Assembly: GCA_051252135.1 (NCBI GenBank)
Contig: JBPOGH010000003.1
Coordinates: 96,001-160,000, forward strand
Direction: 5' to 3'
DNA length: 64,000 nt
Source of the DNA: Verrucomicrobiaceae bacterium
GTDB taxonomy: Bacteria > Verrucomicrobiota > Verrucomicrobiia > Verrucomicrobiales > Akkermansiaceae
Shown here: positions 10,138 to 20,337 of the stretch, piece by piece
Layout: each line of letters starts with the position of its first letter
How positions within the stretch are numbered: the stretch's first letter is position 1
Program-made: the position numbers and the translations under genes
The notes under the pieces: generated by a model
What the model was told of the DNA's origin: nothing
Database searches by the model: none
What the model saw: the letters and a program-made list of their open reading frames with translations, nothing else

Positions 10138-12738
10138 TTACTCTGAGTCCTTCGAGACACTCTCCAGGTGACGCTTCGCCCGCTCGGCCTGATCAATCAC
10201 CCGATCAACCGCCTTCGCACTCGGATCGCTCACGTAGTAATCCAACAGTTTTGCCGCCCACCCGTTGCGCATTCTCGCAAGGGCACCGATCACCTTAAGC
10301 TGCTCCCGCTCACCGGCCGAAACCCGCGCCACCTCTGTCCAAAGATTCTCGCGCTCACCATCCTTGATCGAATCATTTTCAATCAGGAAGGTCGTCAACG
10401 CATCAAAGGAATCTTTCCGCAGGGTGGGGTCATCCTGTTCCGCCGCGAAATCAAGGAGAGTCTGAAACATCGACGTATCAGGCCACTGCCGTAGCGCCGC
10501 CACAGCCGCCAGCTTCATCGCAATATCGGAAGACTTAAGCTGCTCGTTCACAATCGCTGCCGCCTCTTTCCCCCCCGCCGCACCCAACAAGCGCACCAGA
10601 GAAAATCGCGTCCCTTCATCCACCGCCGACTTGTAAGCCGCCACCACCGAACTCCCATATGCTTCCTTGTTGGAAGCCTTCGCAATGACCTCTCCCAGAG
10701 TCGCCACCGCCTGGGACTTCACCCCCTTGTCAGAGGCTCGCGTCACCACCCCAAGCAACTGCTTGAAATTATCAGCCGTCGCCATCTTTCCCGCAGCCAC
10801 CATCGCCTTCTTACCCAGCTGACTGTTGTCCGTTTGTATCGCGTATTCGACAAGCGGCGCCAGCCCGGCCTCACCTTTACGCAAGGCCAACACATCGAAC
10901 AAATTCCCGCGAACATCATCATTGAGTGAATCCTGGGTCGCATACTCGGCAACCTGCTCACTGATGTTCCCGTTGTCACTCTCGGTCGATTTCGCCAGCA
11001 CCACCAGATAAGTGGGCCGCACCCCCTTGTCCCGGGCACCCGGAGTGGAAATCTCGTTGAGAAGCAGGGACACATCGGACTTGCTCAAAGCAGTCTCCGG
11101 CAACTCGTCATCACCGGTCAAATTCTGATAGGGAGCCACAATTTCGTTCAGCCGCTTGGCGTCCCGTTTATCACCACTTTTCCCGATGAACACCACCAGC
11201 GCAATCACCAGCGCAACTCCCAAAAGGGAACCAATCAACGCCTTGGCGGTCGTGGAGAGCCCCTTTTGCGGCGCAGGCAGAGCGACCCCGCCGGGAGCCG
11301 TCGGCTCGATCGGACCACCGAGAGGGTCCGGTGAGGATGAGCTTCCATGAAGGGGAGCCGTCGCCGGAGGTGTCGCCCCCTGAAGCTGAACCGTCAACGG
11401 CTCGTGCTCGGCGGCCACCACCGGAGGCGCTGGCGCGGCCACCGGAATGGGCGCTACCGGAACCGCCGCCTGAACGGGCTGGGCTACCGGAATCGCTTGA
11501 GCCACGGGGACCTCCTCCGCCGGAGGTTCCACAGGGGCGGGAGGAGCCGCTGGAGCGGGCGTAACTCCCGGAATCATCAGCTTCGGCGCAGCCGGCTTCT
11601 GGGGTTCCTCCGCCGCTTCCTCGGCTTGCGGAGCTTCAGGTGCCGGTACCGCCATATGCGGTTGGGCCGCCGTTGCCTTGAGCTGCTGTGCCTGGGTATG
11701 AATCGATGGACGGGACCCTTCGGGCGGCACCAGAGGCTGTGGCGCGGTGTGGGTTGGCACCCCGGCAGTTGGAGCTTCTTCACTCGTCAAGTCCGGAGCA
11801 GGGCCACTCGGCTCCATCGGAGCGGGCGCGGCACCGGGAATCAATAATTTGGGTCGTTTTACTGCAGCCGGCTCCTCAGGGGCGGGCTGGTTTGGGGCCG
11901 GTTGATTGGGGTCTTCGCTCATAAGAAATTTCGTTAAAGATTCACGGGCATCGGCAGGACGATCGTCCATATTACGTTGAATATGCCACATCACCCAGTC
12001 GCAAAGCCATGCCGGAAGATCCGGACGGATTTCAGCAAGGGGAGTGACCGTATTTTGCAAGTGCGCGGCCATCACCTGGGGAGCCGTTTCCCCATCAAAA
12101 GGATAGGCCCCCGCCAGACAATAGTAATAGACACATCCCATGGAATACATGTCGGTCCGCTTATCCAGCGGCGTCCTCTCGAACTGCTCCGGCGCCATGA
12201 AATGAATCGAGCCAAACACCGCATCTCCATGATCGATCGTCTGCAGCGAGGGCTTCGGTGAAAATTTCGCCAGTCCAAAATCCACCAGCTTCACCTGAAA
12301 GCGCCCACTCGGCAGCCAGGTCACCATCACATTGGTCGGCTTGATGTCCCGGTGCACCAAATCCAGATCCTGCGCCGCAATCAGCGCCTCCTGCGACTGC
12401 AGCGCCACCTCACGAAAATCCGCAAAAGTCAGCGTCCCCCGCTCCACCATCTCATCAATCGTCCGGCCCGATAGCAGCTCCATCACCACATAAGGACCAT
12501 CGTCATCCACCCCGGCATCAAAAACCGTCACAATATGGGGATGCTGGACCGAACAAAGCGAGGTCGCTTCCTTGAGCATCGCCTTCGTCGCCTCATCCTG
12601 ATTCTCATACCCCCCGCCCGCGAGGACCCGCTTGATCGCAACCTCCCGGTTCAGATGATTGTCAAAAGCGCGATACACCGCTCCGACACCTCCCTGTCCG
12701 ATCTTTCCCCGAATCTCGTAGCGTTCGTCTGTTTCCAT
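10138..12738 (-). CDS. Hanks-type Ser/Thr kinase with Pro/Ala-rich linker, TM helix and HEAT-like C-terminal domain
   Basis: GQGGVG, VAIK, HRDIKPTN, DFG, APE; single TM; alpha-helical repeats. Confidence 0.92.
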   Translation of the reverse strand: METDERYEIRGKIGQGGVGAVYRAFDNHLNREVAIKRVLAGGGYENQDEATKAMLKEATSLCSVQHPHIVTVFDAGVDDDGPYVVMELLSGRTIDEMVERGTLTFADFREVALQSQEALIAAQDLDLVHRDIKPTNVMVTWLPSGRFQVKLVDFGLAKFSPKPSLQTIDHGDAVFGSIHFMAPEQFERTPLDKRTDMYSMGCVYYYCLAGAYPFDGETAPQVMAAHLQNTVTPLAEIRPDLPAWLCDWVMWHIQRNMDDRPADARESLTKFLMSEDPNQPAPNQPAPEEPAAVKRPKLLIPGAAPAPMEPSGPAPDLTSEEAPTAGVPTHTAPQPLVPPEGSRPSIHTQAQQLKATAAQPHMAVPAPEAPQAEEAAEEPQKPAAPKLMIPGVTPAPAAPPAPVEPPAEEVPVAQAIPVAQPVQAAVPVAPIPVAAPAPPVVAAEHEPLTVQLQGATPPATAPLHGSSSSPDPLGGPIEPTAPGGVALPAPQKGLSTTAKALIGSLLGVALVIALVVFIGKSGDKRDAKRLNEIVAPYQNLTGDDELPETALSKSDVSLLLNEISTPGARDKGVRPTYLVVLAKSTESDNGNISEQVAEYATQDSLNDDVRGNLFDVLALRKGEAGLAPLVEYAIQTDNSQLGKKAMVAAGKMATADNFKQLLGVVTRASDKGVKSQAVATLGEVIAKASNKEAYGSSVVAAYKSAVDEGTRFSLVRLLGAAGGKEAAAIVNEQLKSSDIAMKLAAVAALRQWPDTSMFQTLLDFAAEQDDPTLRKDSFDALTTFLIENDSIKDGERENLWTEVARVSAGEREQLKVIGALARMRNGWAAKLLDYYVSDPSAKAVDRVIDQAERAKRHLESVSKDSE

Positions 12739-12809
12739 CCTTGAGTCCTGGCGGACATCATTGACATCACCGGCGGTGATTCAATGTCAAAAGCGCCTCA
12801 GAACCCCGC

Positions 12810-13889
12810 CTAGGAAGTTTCCTTGTTAAAGTAGACTTTAATGAACTGCATCTTCTTCTCCTCGTCGTAACCCTTTTCCAGAATCTCGTCCGGCTTGTCC
12901 ACCACCTTGGGCTTCAGCCGCAACTCAACTCCGGTGTCAAACTTCATCACCGATTTCATCAGCTTCCTCGCTTTTGATACATCCTTCTTGGAAATGTCGA
13001 AGCCCTCATCAATCGTCATCCCGCTATCCTCTTCCAGCTGCTTCCGCTGCTCCGCAAAACGCTCCCGCGCCGCATCCGTCCGCAGCGCCTTCTCCTCAAA
13101 TTCCTGCATGCTGAAGTGCTCCTTGTCATCAAAGTAGGACAGCGCCTCCTTCGCCGCATCGTTGATCTTCCACGGCGGCGAGGAATCTCCCTCCTCCCGT
13201 GCCGGCGTGCTTTCGGAAATCGCCGTCACCGCCATCTCCGCCACCTTCTTCGAAAGCAGCGCCGAATCCGGAATCGGAATCACACTTAGGAAATCACGCA
13301 CCCAGAAGCGCGACTCGGAACTCCCCCGGTCAAAGGTCAGCACATAAAATCCCTTCCGCTGAAAGTGATCAATAATGAGACAACCCTTATCAATCTTCTC
13401 CGGATTGATCCCATGCTCCGTATTCAGCTGAAGGTCTCCATCAAGCGCCGAAATACTCAAAAACGGCGTCACACTCTCCGACTTCAATAAACAAAGCCCC
13501 TGCACCACGTCCTCCCCCACCTGAATCCCCTCAATGCGCGAGATGCAAAGATCACCCGACTTGATGTTCGGATGGTTCGATTTCGAATGCAGCCGACCCG
13601 CCAACTCACACCCCTTCGCCAAAAGCGTCTCCGAATCCTCAAAGATCGTCTCCACACACCCGTTCACCTCGTGATTGGATAGCGAACTGTGATGGTGGAA
13701 TTTCTGCCCGATCAAACTAAAGCTCTTGAAAGGACGCAGAAAAATCGAGCACAGCGTCGCCTGATCATCCTCCTCGACATGAAAAAGCTGCTTGGAGGTC
13801 TGCAAGGGCTCGTTCCGGGACGGATTGCCCACTTTTGCCAACACCAGGCCGGCGATCGTCGCATTTTCAAAATCAAGTTTCAGGGTCAC
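12810..13889 (-). CDS. Nucleoid-associated protein (NA37/YejK-like)
   Basis: KVGN, SNHPNIKSGDL, LLKSE, GIN..KIDKGCLI, FW..DFL; GTG start at 13889. Confidence 0.75.
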   Translation of the reverse strand: MTLKLDFENATIAGLVLAKVGNPSRNEPLQTSKQLFHVEEDDQATLCSIFLRPFKSFSLIGQKFHHHSSLSNHEVNGCVETIFEDSETLLAKGCELAGRLHSKSNHPNIKSGDLCISRIEGIQVGEDVVQGLCLLKSESVTPFLSISALDGDLQLNTEHGINPEKIDKGCLIIDHFQRKGFYVLTFDRGSSESRFWVRDFLSVIPIPDSALLSKKVAEMAVTAISESTPAREEGDSSPPWKINDAAKEALSYFDDKEHFSMQEFEEKALRTDAARERFAEQRKQLEEDSGMTIDEGFDISKKDVSKARKLMKSVMKFDTGVELRLKPKVVDKPDEILEKGYDEEKKMQFIKVYFNKETS

Positions 13890-13945
13890 GGACCGAGACT
13901 TAGCCCTTTCCCTCTCCCTTGGAAAGACCCACTCCCACTTGGGAA

Positions 13946-13980
13946 TAAAAAATCCGGCCCCCCTCGCGGAGAACCGGATC
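13946..13980 (-). terminator. Intrinsic terminator after the TIM-barrel gene
   Basis: On the - strand ATCCGGTTCTC..GGGGGCCGGAT followed by TTTTT. Confidence 0.75.
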
Positions 13981-13999
13981 AAATCTCAACAAAATCGCC

Positions 14000-14917
14000 T
14001 TACGCGTCGATCTTCCGGTAAGCCGCAATCAGCGCATCCAGGCCTTCCTTGCCCTTCATGCTCGCCCCATGCTCCATCCCGATCACCCCCGTGTAGTTCT
14101 TCTCACGAAGAAACTTCGTCACCGCACCCATATCAAGACTCCCCGTGCCCGGCTCCTTGCGGCCCGGCGAATCTCCATACTGGATATACGCCACCTGATC
14201 CCAGACCGCCGCCGCATTCTCAACCAGCTTCGGACCATTCCCGATCTGCCCCTCGTGGAAGAAATCAGCGAGCAGCTTGCAGGACGGACGATCCACCAGC
14301 TTGCACAGCAAATGCCCGTCCGCAAAGGAACGCAAAAGAGGCTCCTTCCCCGCCATCGGGTGGGACAAAGGCTCATTCACCATGATCAAGCCGTGCTCCT
14401 CAATCAGGTCACAGCAAAACTTCATCCCGTCCACCGAAGCCTTGATCTGCTCCTCCCGGGTCATCGACTCGTCACGCACTCCGGGCAACATCGTCATCAC
14501 GGTCTGACCACTCCGCTTGGAAACCTCCACCCCCTTGAGCATATCCTTCTTCAGCTGCTCCTTGTTCTCCGCCGTCAGCTTGTTGAAAAGCATCCCGCGA
14601 CCAAACGAAATCACCGAAATCCCAATCTCCATCTCGGTGTCCTTCATGTATTCACCCACCTTTTCCTGCACGGCCGCCGGACGACCGTTAAATCCGTTAT
14701 CCTCCCAACCCCGGAATCCGTGGTCGTAGGCAAACTTCAGCTCATCAAGATAGTCCGCCTTCTTCCCGGGTCCTGTCGGAAGCAATCCCGGATGGGGACC
14801 GAACTTGGCTTTAAAAGGCTTGGCTGCCTCACCGCCATGGTGGTCTGCCAAAAGGGGACCACCGGCTAGCGCGGCGAGGGAAGCTCCGGTGATTTGCGAA
14901 AAGTGACGTCTGTTCAT
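14000..14917 (-). CDS. Tat-exported hydroxypyruvate-isomerase-like TIM-barrel protein
   Basis: NRRHF Tat signal; EPL, D.FH, D.PGRKEPGTG, GMEH. Confidence 0.85.
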   Translation of the reverse strand: MNRRHFSQITGASLAALAGGPLLADHHGGEAAKPFKAKFGPHPGLLPTGPGKKADYLDELKFAYDHGFRGWEDNGFNGRPAAVQEKVGEYMKDTEMEIGISVISFGRGMLFNKLTAENKEQLKKDMLKGVEVSKRSGQTVMTMLPGVRDESMTREEQIKASVDGMKFCCDLIEEHGLIMVNEPLSHPMAGKEPLLRSFADGHLLCKLVDRPSCKLLADFFHEGQIGNGPKLVENAAAVWDQVAYIQYGDSPGRKEPGTGSLDMGAVTKFLREKNYTGVIGMEHGASMKGKEGLDALIAAYRKIDA

Positions 14918-14973
14918 AGGAAAGGATCACTATGAACGGACCACCGGAGATGGAAATTTCAAAAGTCGGAAAT

Positions 14974-16260
14974 TTAAATCGGCAAGGCCCACTTCTCGCG
15001 ATCCGGCTGATTGATCAGCGAGTTCGCCAGCGGGTTGTCAACAAACTGCATCGCCTTGGGATCAAACGTGAGATTTGAGTGAATCCGATGCGCAATCTTC
15101 CCGAGGTTAATCAACGTGCACGAGTTGAACCCGTTCGACTCGTTCAGCGCGAACTTCTTCTTCTCGCGAATCGCCTCGTGGAAGTCCGTCACCTGCGCCT
15201 CCGGCTCCGGCAGAGTCTTCACCTTCTCCGCAAAACCCTCCACATCAGACTGGAACCCTTTGAAAATCTTGCCCTCGGAGCCCTCGATGAAAGCCGCCCC
15301 CTTGTCCCGATTCTCCCCATCCAGCACAATCGTCGTCCCGTCTTCATACTTATAAGTGATCCTCCGCCAACTGCCCACCGCATCGCTGTCCTGCGGGTCG
15401 GCATCGATCTCAACCGACACCGGCAGCTCTTCATCCTTCCCTAAAATATACTGAACCGGATCAAGATAGTGCTGCCCCATATCACCCAATCCTCCCCCGT
15501 CATAATCCCAATAACCCCGAAACGTCCCGTGCGTCCGATGCACATGATACGGCCGGTAAGGCGCCGGCCCGAGCCAGAAGTCATAGTCCAGATGCTTCGG
15601 CACCATCTGTTGCGGCAGATCGGTCTTCCCCACCCAATTGAACTTCCAGTTAAAGCCCGTCTCCCCGCTCAAAGTCACCTTGTAAGGACCATCACCGATC
15701 AAACCACCAATGACCGCCTTCCTCACCTGACGCGCCGTCACCCCCGAGCCATAAAAATTATCCTTAAACCGAAACCACGTATTCAAACGAAACGCCACCC
15801 CCGCCTCCTCGATCGCCTTCTTCATCGCCAGGCCCTCCCCAATTGTCCGTGACATCGGCTTCTCACCCCACACCGCCTTCCCTGCCTTCGCCGCCGCTAT
15901 CGCCATGTGCGCATGCCAGTGCGGCGGCGTGCACGTGTGAATGATATCAATATCCTCCCGCGCAATCACCTCACGGAAATCGTGATACCCCTGCACATCA
16001 CCATTCCCACCCTTCCGAACCTGCTTCATCCGGTTCCCCAAACGCTTCGAATCCACATCACAAAGCGCCAGCAAGCGCCCCGGCATCCCCAAATGCGACT
16101 GGCTGATCCCACCACATCCCAAAATCCCTCGCGTCAGCTCCTCCGATGGCGGAGTCTGCCCGTTCAACCCCAGCACCCGGCTCGGAACAATTGAAATCGT
16201 CGCCAGCGAGGCAATCGAAGCGAGCGCTTTGCGGCGCGAAATGGTCGTAGGTGAATCCAT
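14974..16260 (-). CDS. Tat-exported Gfo/Idh/MocA oxidoreductase
   Basis: SRRKAL Tat signal, GCGG, TPPHWH, EKP, WLGPAP, DMGQH.LD. Confidence 0.92.
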   Translation of the reverse strand: MDSPTTISRRKALASIASLATISIVPSRVLGLNGQTPPSEELTRGILGCGGISQSHLGMPGRLLALCDVDSKRLGNRMKQVRKGGNGDVQGYHDFREVIAREDIDIIHTCTPPHWHAHMAIAAAKAGKAVWGEKPMSRTIGEGLAMKKAIEEAGVAFRLNTWFRFKDNFYGSGVTARQVRKAVIGGLIGDGPYKVTLSGETGFNWKFNWVGKTDLPQQMVPKHLDYDFWLGPAPYRPYHVHRTHGTFRGYWDYDGGGLGDMGQHYLDPVQYILGKDEELPVSVEIDADPQDSDAVGSWRRITYKYEDGTTIVLDGENRDKGAAFIEGSEGKIFKGFQSDVEGFAEKVKTLPEPEAQVTDFHEAIREKKKFALNESNGFNSCTLINLGKIAHRIHSNLTFDPKAMQFVDNPLANSLINQPDREKWALPI

Positions 16261-16303
16261 CCCGCGACCATACGAAAATCCCACTCAAAGGAAATCGAAG
16301 AAT

Positions 16304-17227
16304 TTAGCGGATCGTTTTTCCCGCCACATCAAGTAACAGCGAATTCGAGACCGAATTCCCCAGCCGCTCAAACTGGTCAAAGGTCCACACCACCTTCTTT
16401 GTCTTCGGCTCAATCTCCACCAACAACGGATTCCCCGGCCCCGCATGACAGTTCCCGATCACATAATTCCCGTTCGGCAACACCTCCAGCGTCGTCACCC
16501 ACGCTAACCGAATCCCCGGCAAATCATCCTGATGCAGCGCCCACACCACTTCCTTCGCTGGAGTCACCTCGATCACGCTGTGACCATTCCCCGTCCCAAT
16601 CAACGTGTTCCCGTTCTTCAAACGCACCGCACTAAACAAGCGATTCCCGTACGCCTCCAGCCCATGTCCTCGCTTCGCCTCTTTCTCAAAAAGTGGCACC
16701 TCATACTCCCACACCACCGTTCCCTCCCCATCATACTCGCGCGCCTTCCCATCCGCCTCATGGCACACCAAATAATGACCGTTTTCCAGCTTCCGCACCA
16801 AGCGCGTATCCGTATGCGCATCCGGCCGATCAACCGTCAGTTTCACCTCTTTCAACAACTTCCCCGCACGATCAATCTCAATGATCCGCGCCGGCCCGCT
16901 CTCCGCAATCATAAACCGATCATCGGAAAGCGCCTGAAAAGAATGAAGCTCCATCCGCTTCCCCCCATTCCCGTTCGCCTCCCCCGCATCATAACTCCAG
17001 ACCACCTTCTTCGTCTCCCGATCAATCTCCACCAACCTCCGCATCTTCTCCTGCACCAAAATATTTCCCGATGGCAGCACCTGCACATCATGGATTCCCC
17101 CCCAAGCCATCTCCCACGTCGTCTCGCCATCCTCCATCACCACCAGCTTCCCATTCCCTTGTGTCAGAACTTCATGTGCGGAAAGCACCCCCACCAAAAA
17201 CAGCGTCACCGTGATCAATCTCAACAT
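16304..17227 (-). CDS. Secreted beta-propeller protein (PQQ-like / arylsulfotransferase-like repeats)
   Basis: Signal peptide; repeated L.NGN.LI...EI....KVVW blades. Confidence 0.75.
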   Translation of the reverse strand: MLRLITVTLFLVGVLSAHEVLTQGNGKLVVMEDGETTWEMAWGGIHDVQVLPSGNILVQEKMRRLVEIDRETKKVVWSYDAGEANGNGGKRMELHSFQALSDDRFMIAESGPARIIEIDRAGKLLKEVKLTVDRPDAHTDTRLVRKLENGHYLVCHEADGKAREYDGEGTVVWEYEVPLFEKEAKRGHGLEAYGNRLFSAVRLKNGNTLIGTGNGHSVIEVTPAKEVVWALHQDDLPGIRLAWVTTLEVLPNGNYVIGNCHAGPGNPLLVEIEPKTKKVVWTFDQFERLGNSVSNSLLLDVAGKTIR

Positions 17228-17318
17228 ATTAAAGAATCTTCCTTTCTCCCCTTTCCAAAGACGAGGCCAAAATCAATTTCCCCTTCCCTCTCACACCTCA
17301 ACCGCCATAGTGCCCGCC

Positions 17319-18371
17319 ATGAAACGTCTGCTCACTCTCGCACTCGTCGGCCTCTTCTCCCTCCCTGCCTCGGGTGAGGACCACATCCTCGCTTTCGATG
17401 GCAAAATCGGACCCGGCAAAGGCAAAAAAATCGTCCTCATCTCCGGCGACGAAGAATACCGCTCCGAGGAATCCATGCCCATGCTCGGCAAAATCCTTGC
17501 CCAAAAGCACGGCTTCGATTGCACCGTCCTCTTCTCCTGGAGCAAGGACGGCACCTACATCGACCCCAACAACGCCGGAGGCGTCAAAGGATGGGACCAC
17601 CTCGACTCCGCCGACCTCATCATCGTCGGCACCCGCATGCGCTCCCTCAACGGGACCGACCGCGCCCACATGACCAAGTACCTCAACGCCGGTAAGCCCG
17701 TCATCGGATACCGCACCGCCACCCACGCCTTCAAAGGAAAAGAAGCCTTCGGCACCATCTCCCAAAACGACTGGGGCCTCAAAATCCTCGGCGAAACATG
17801 GGTCAGCCACCACGGCAAACACAAAGGCGAAGGCGCACGCGCAGTCATCGAAAAAGGCCGGGAAAAACACCCCGTCCTCAACTCCGTAAGCTACATCTTC
17901 GCCCCCTCCGATGTCTACGGCGTCAAACACCTCACCGAGGCCGACACCATCCTCCTCCGCGGCCTCGTCACCGAAACCCTCGACCCCGACTCCATCCCCG
18001 TCGCAGGAGACAAGAACGACCCCGCCATGCCCCTCGCCTGGCTCCACCCCTACACCGCTCCCGACGGCAAAACCACCGGCACCAGCTTCTGCACCACCGC
18101 CGGCGCTTCCGTCGACTTCCTCAGCGAAGACCTCCGCCGCCTCGTCGTCAACGCCACCTACCACCTCCTCGACCTCAAAGTCCCCGAGACCGCAGACGTC
18201 GACTTCATCGACCCCTTCTACCCCAGCTTCTACGGATTCTGGAATGGCGAAAACGCCAAAATCTGGAAAGAGCGCAGCCTCACCGCCGCAGACTTCGGAT
18301 TGGGAAAAGTCACCGAGACCGTCGACCCCAAAGGCACCCCCGCATGGCCCTTCCGCCCGGAGCGCAAGTAA
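17319..18371 (+). CDS. ThuA-like domain secreted protein
   Basis: Signal peptide MKRLLTL; ISGDEEYRSEE, GKPVIG.RTATHAF. Confidence 0.82.
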   Translation: MKRLLTLALVGLFSLPASGEDHILAFDGKIGPGKGKKIVLISGDEEYRSEESMPMLGKILAQKHGFDCTVLFSWSKDGTYIDPNNAGGVKGWDHLDSADLIIVGTRMRSLNGTDRAHMTKYLNAGKPVIGYRTATHAFKGKEAFGTISQNDWGLKILGETWVSHHGKHKGEGARAVIEKGREKHPVLNSVSYIFAPSDVYGVKHLTEADTILLRGLVTETLDPDSIPVAGDKNDPAMPLAWLHPYTAPDGKTTGTSFCTTAGASVDFLSEDLRRLVVNATYHLLDLKVPETADVDFIDPFYPSFYGFWNGENAKIWKERSLTAADFGLGKVTETVDPKGTPAWPFRPERK

Positions 18372-19108
18372 TGGACTGGCACCGCTTTCTCGCCGACTGG
18401 CAGGACGCCGCAACCGCCCGGGGATTCCACACCGAATCCCTCCTCGATAAGGACGGCTACCCCATCTGGGCCTCCTCCAAAGGCGACCCCACAAAACCCA
18501 CCGTCTACCTCTCCTCCGGCGTCCACGGCGATGAACCCGCCGGCCCCCAAGCCCTCCTCGCCCTCCTCAGGGAAGACTTCTTCGACGACCGCTTCCACTG
18601 GCTCATCTGCCCCGCCCTCAACCCCACTGGACTTCAGCGGAACACCCGCGAAAACGCCCAGGGCATTGACCTCAACCGCGACTACCTCCTCTGCCAAACC
18701 CCCGAGGTCTGCGCCCACATCGCCTGGCTCAAATCCCAACCTGTCCCCCAACTCTTCCTCTCCCTTCACGAGGACTGGGAAAGCACCGGCTTCTACTACT
18801 ACGAGATCAACACCGGCACCCAAGGCCCCACCTACCGGGACATCCTCGCCGCCGCCGCCCCCCACTTCCCACCCGAACCCGAGCAGGAAATCGACGACCA
18901 CCCCGTCACCAAACCCGGCTGGATCTTCCACCCCGACTCACCCGACATCCCCGAGGGCTGGCCCGAGGCCATCTACCTCGCACGCCACGGCTGCCCCCTC
19001 TCCCTCACCTTCGAGACCCCCAGCAGCCGGGAACTCCCCATCCGCATCGCCTGCCACCAGTCCGTCATCCGCCGCACCCTCGACGTCACCGCAGCCGCTG
19101 CCCAATGA
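18371..19108 (+). CDS. M14-family zinc carboxypeptidase / succinylglutamate-desuccinylase-like protein
   Basis: TAATG overlap start; GVHGDEPAG, NP.G..NTREN..GIDLNRDY, LSLHED, TFETP. Confidence 0.88.
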   Translation: MDWHRFLADWQDAATARGFHTESLLDKDGYPIWASSKGDPTKPTVYLSSGVHGDEPAGPQALLALLREDFFDDRFHWLICPALNPTGLQRNTRENAQGIDLNRDYLLCQTPEVCAHIAWLKSQPVPQLFLSLHEDWESTGFYYYEINTGTQGPTYRDILAAAAPHFPPEPEQEIDDHPVTKPGWIFHPDSPDIPEGWPEAIYLARHGCPLSLTFETPSSRELPIRIACHQSVIRRTLDVTAAAAQ

Positions 19109-19142
19109 AAAAAACGGGACCGCCTATCACGGTCCCGTTTTG
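19108..19142. terminator. Bidirectional intrinsic terminator
   Basis: AAAAAAACGGGACCG-loop-CGGTCCCGTTTT between convergent genes. Confidence 0.85.
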
Positions 19143-19165
19143 AAAAATGCATCCGGAACTAACCC

Positions 19166-20158
19166 TTATCGGCGGCGGCCAACCAAGGCCATCAGCGAGA
19201 ACATCGCAAGGGTCACACTGCCGGGCTCCGGTACCGGAGTAAACGTGTTGAACGAAAAATCGTCCAACTGCCAATATTTGCCGTTCTGAACCCCGGGAGC
19301 AGAAGTCAGCCGCATGTCCGTTAGATTTGTCATCGTTTGATACATGTCGACATTGCTGAGAAGACTCACTTGAGTCCCCGTTCCCTTGCTGGAATACCCA
19401 TTCGTTGCAGGGATATATTGGCTGTATCCCCCATCGGTATACCCCACATCCACCTTTCCTGTGGCCAGATTCAATGTGATGTCCCAAGAGTGATAATAGG
19501 AAGTCGGCACGGCTACATTCGTATCCACCCACGACCCATTGATATTGTAGGCGTATGTCGGGGAAGAACTTCCGGAATCAAGATGGTAACCCACCGAAAC
19601 CCCCACATTACCACTTGAATCCATCAGCTCCACCGTATCGCCATAAAATCCTTCCGCTGGTAGTCCGTTGGAAAAGTCGGCCGGGCAACTCCAAAACGTC
19701 AGCTCAACAGTTTGACCCGCCGTATCAACCGGATTCACACCAAGATCCAGAGCATCAAACGAGTATTCATAAATCTGGGCACCCTCGTCCCATCCTGCAT
19801 TGTCAGTCACAATCACCAAGGCCTTCCGGGTGGCGTCATCCTGCCAGTTGAGATTGGCATCATACGCCGTAAGACGATCCCGGCCATGGTGACCCGATGC
19901 ATACATACTCGAAGAACCGGAGATCTTACGCCACAAGCCGGAACCATAGTTTCCTGACGAATAGTTCGTCAGGGTTCCACTTCCGACATTTGTTCCATAC
20001 TGGCCGGCATTGTAGCGCTCAACATGGTTCAACCATCTCTGATAACCATCTTCAGTTTCGAATCCGCCGAGATAGCCCCAACAGGACTGACTAATCACCA
20101 GGAATCCGACGATTCCAGACACAACGGGCATTGAATTACTTTGGGGAAGTTTCTTCAT
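19166..20158 (-). CDS. PEP-CTERM surface protein
   Basis: Signal-like N-terminus; C-terminal VPEPGSVTLAMFSLMALVGRRR. Confidence 0.88.
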   Translation of the reverse strand: MKKLPQSNSMPVVSGIVGFLVISQSCWGYLGGFETEDGYQRWLNHVERYNAGQYGTNVGSGTLTNYSSGNYGSGLWRKISGSSSMYASGHHGRDRLTAYDANLNWQDDATRKALVIVTDNAGWDEGAQIYEYSFDALDLGVNPVDTAGQTVELTFWSCPADFSNGLPAEGFYGDTVELMDSSGNVGVSVGYHLDSGSSSPTYAYNINGSWVDTNVAVPTSYYHSWDITLNLATGKVDVGYTDGGYSQYIPATNGYSSKGTGTQVSLLSNVDMYQTMTNLTDMRLTSAPGVQNGKYWQLDDFSFNTFTPVPEPGSVTLAMFSLMALVGRRR

Positions 20159-20337
20159 CACAATTTGCTCATTTAGAGCGGGAAAAATGATACGGAGTTT
20201 GAGATATTTAACAAGTCTTAAGTATTATAAATTACAGCTAATTGCACTTCCATTTATCCCGGATGCCACCCTCCCCATTCCAAAACCCACCCCGTTCTAT
20301 ACTTGCGAAAAGGCGAGCGCGGGAGGATTCTCGTCCC

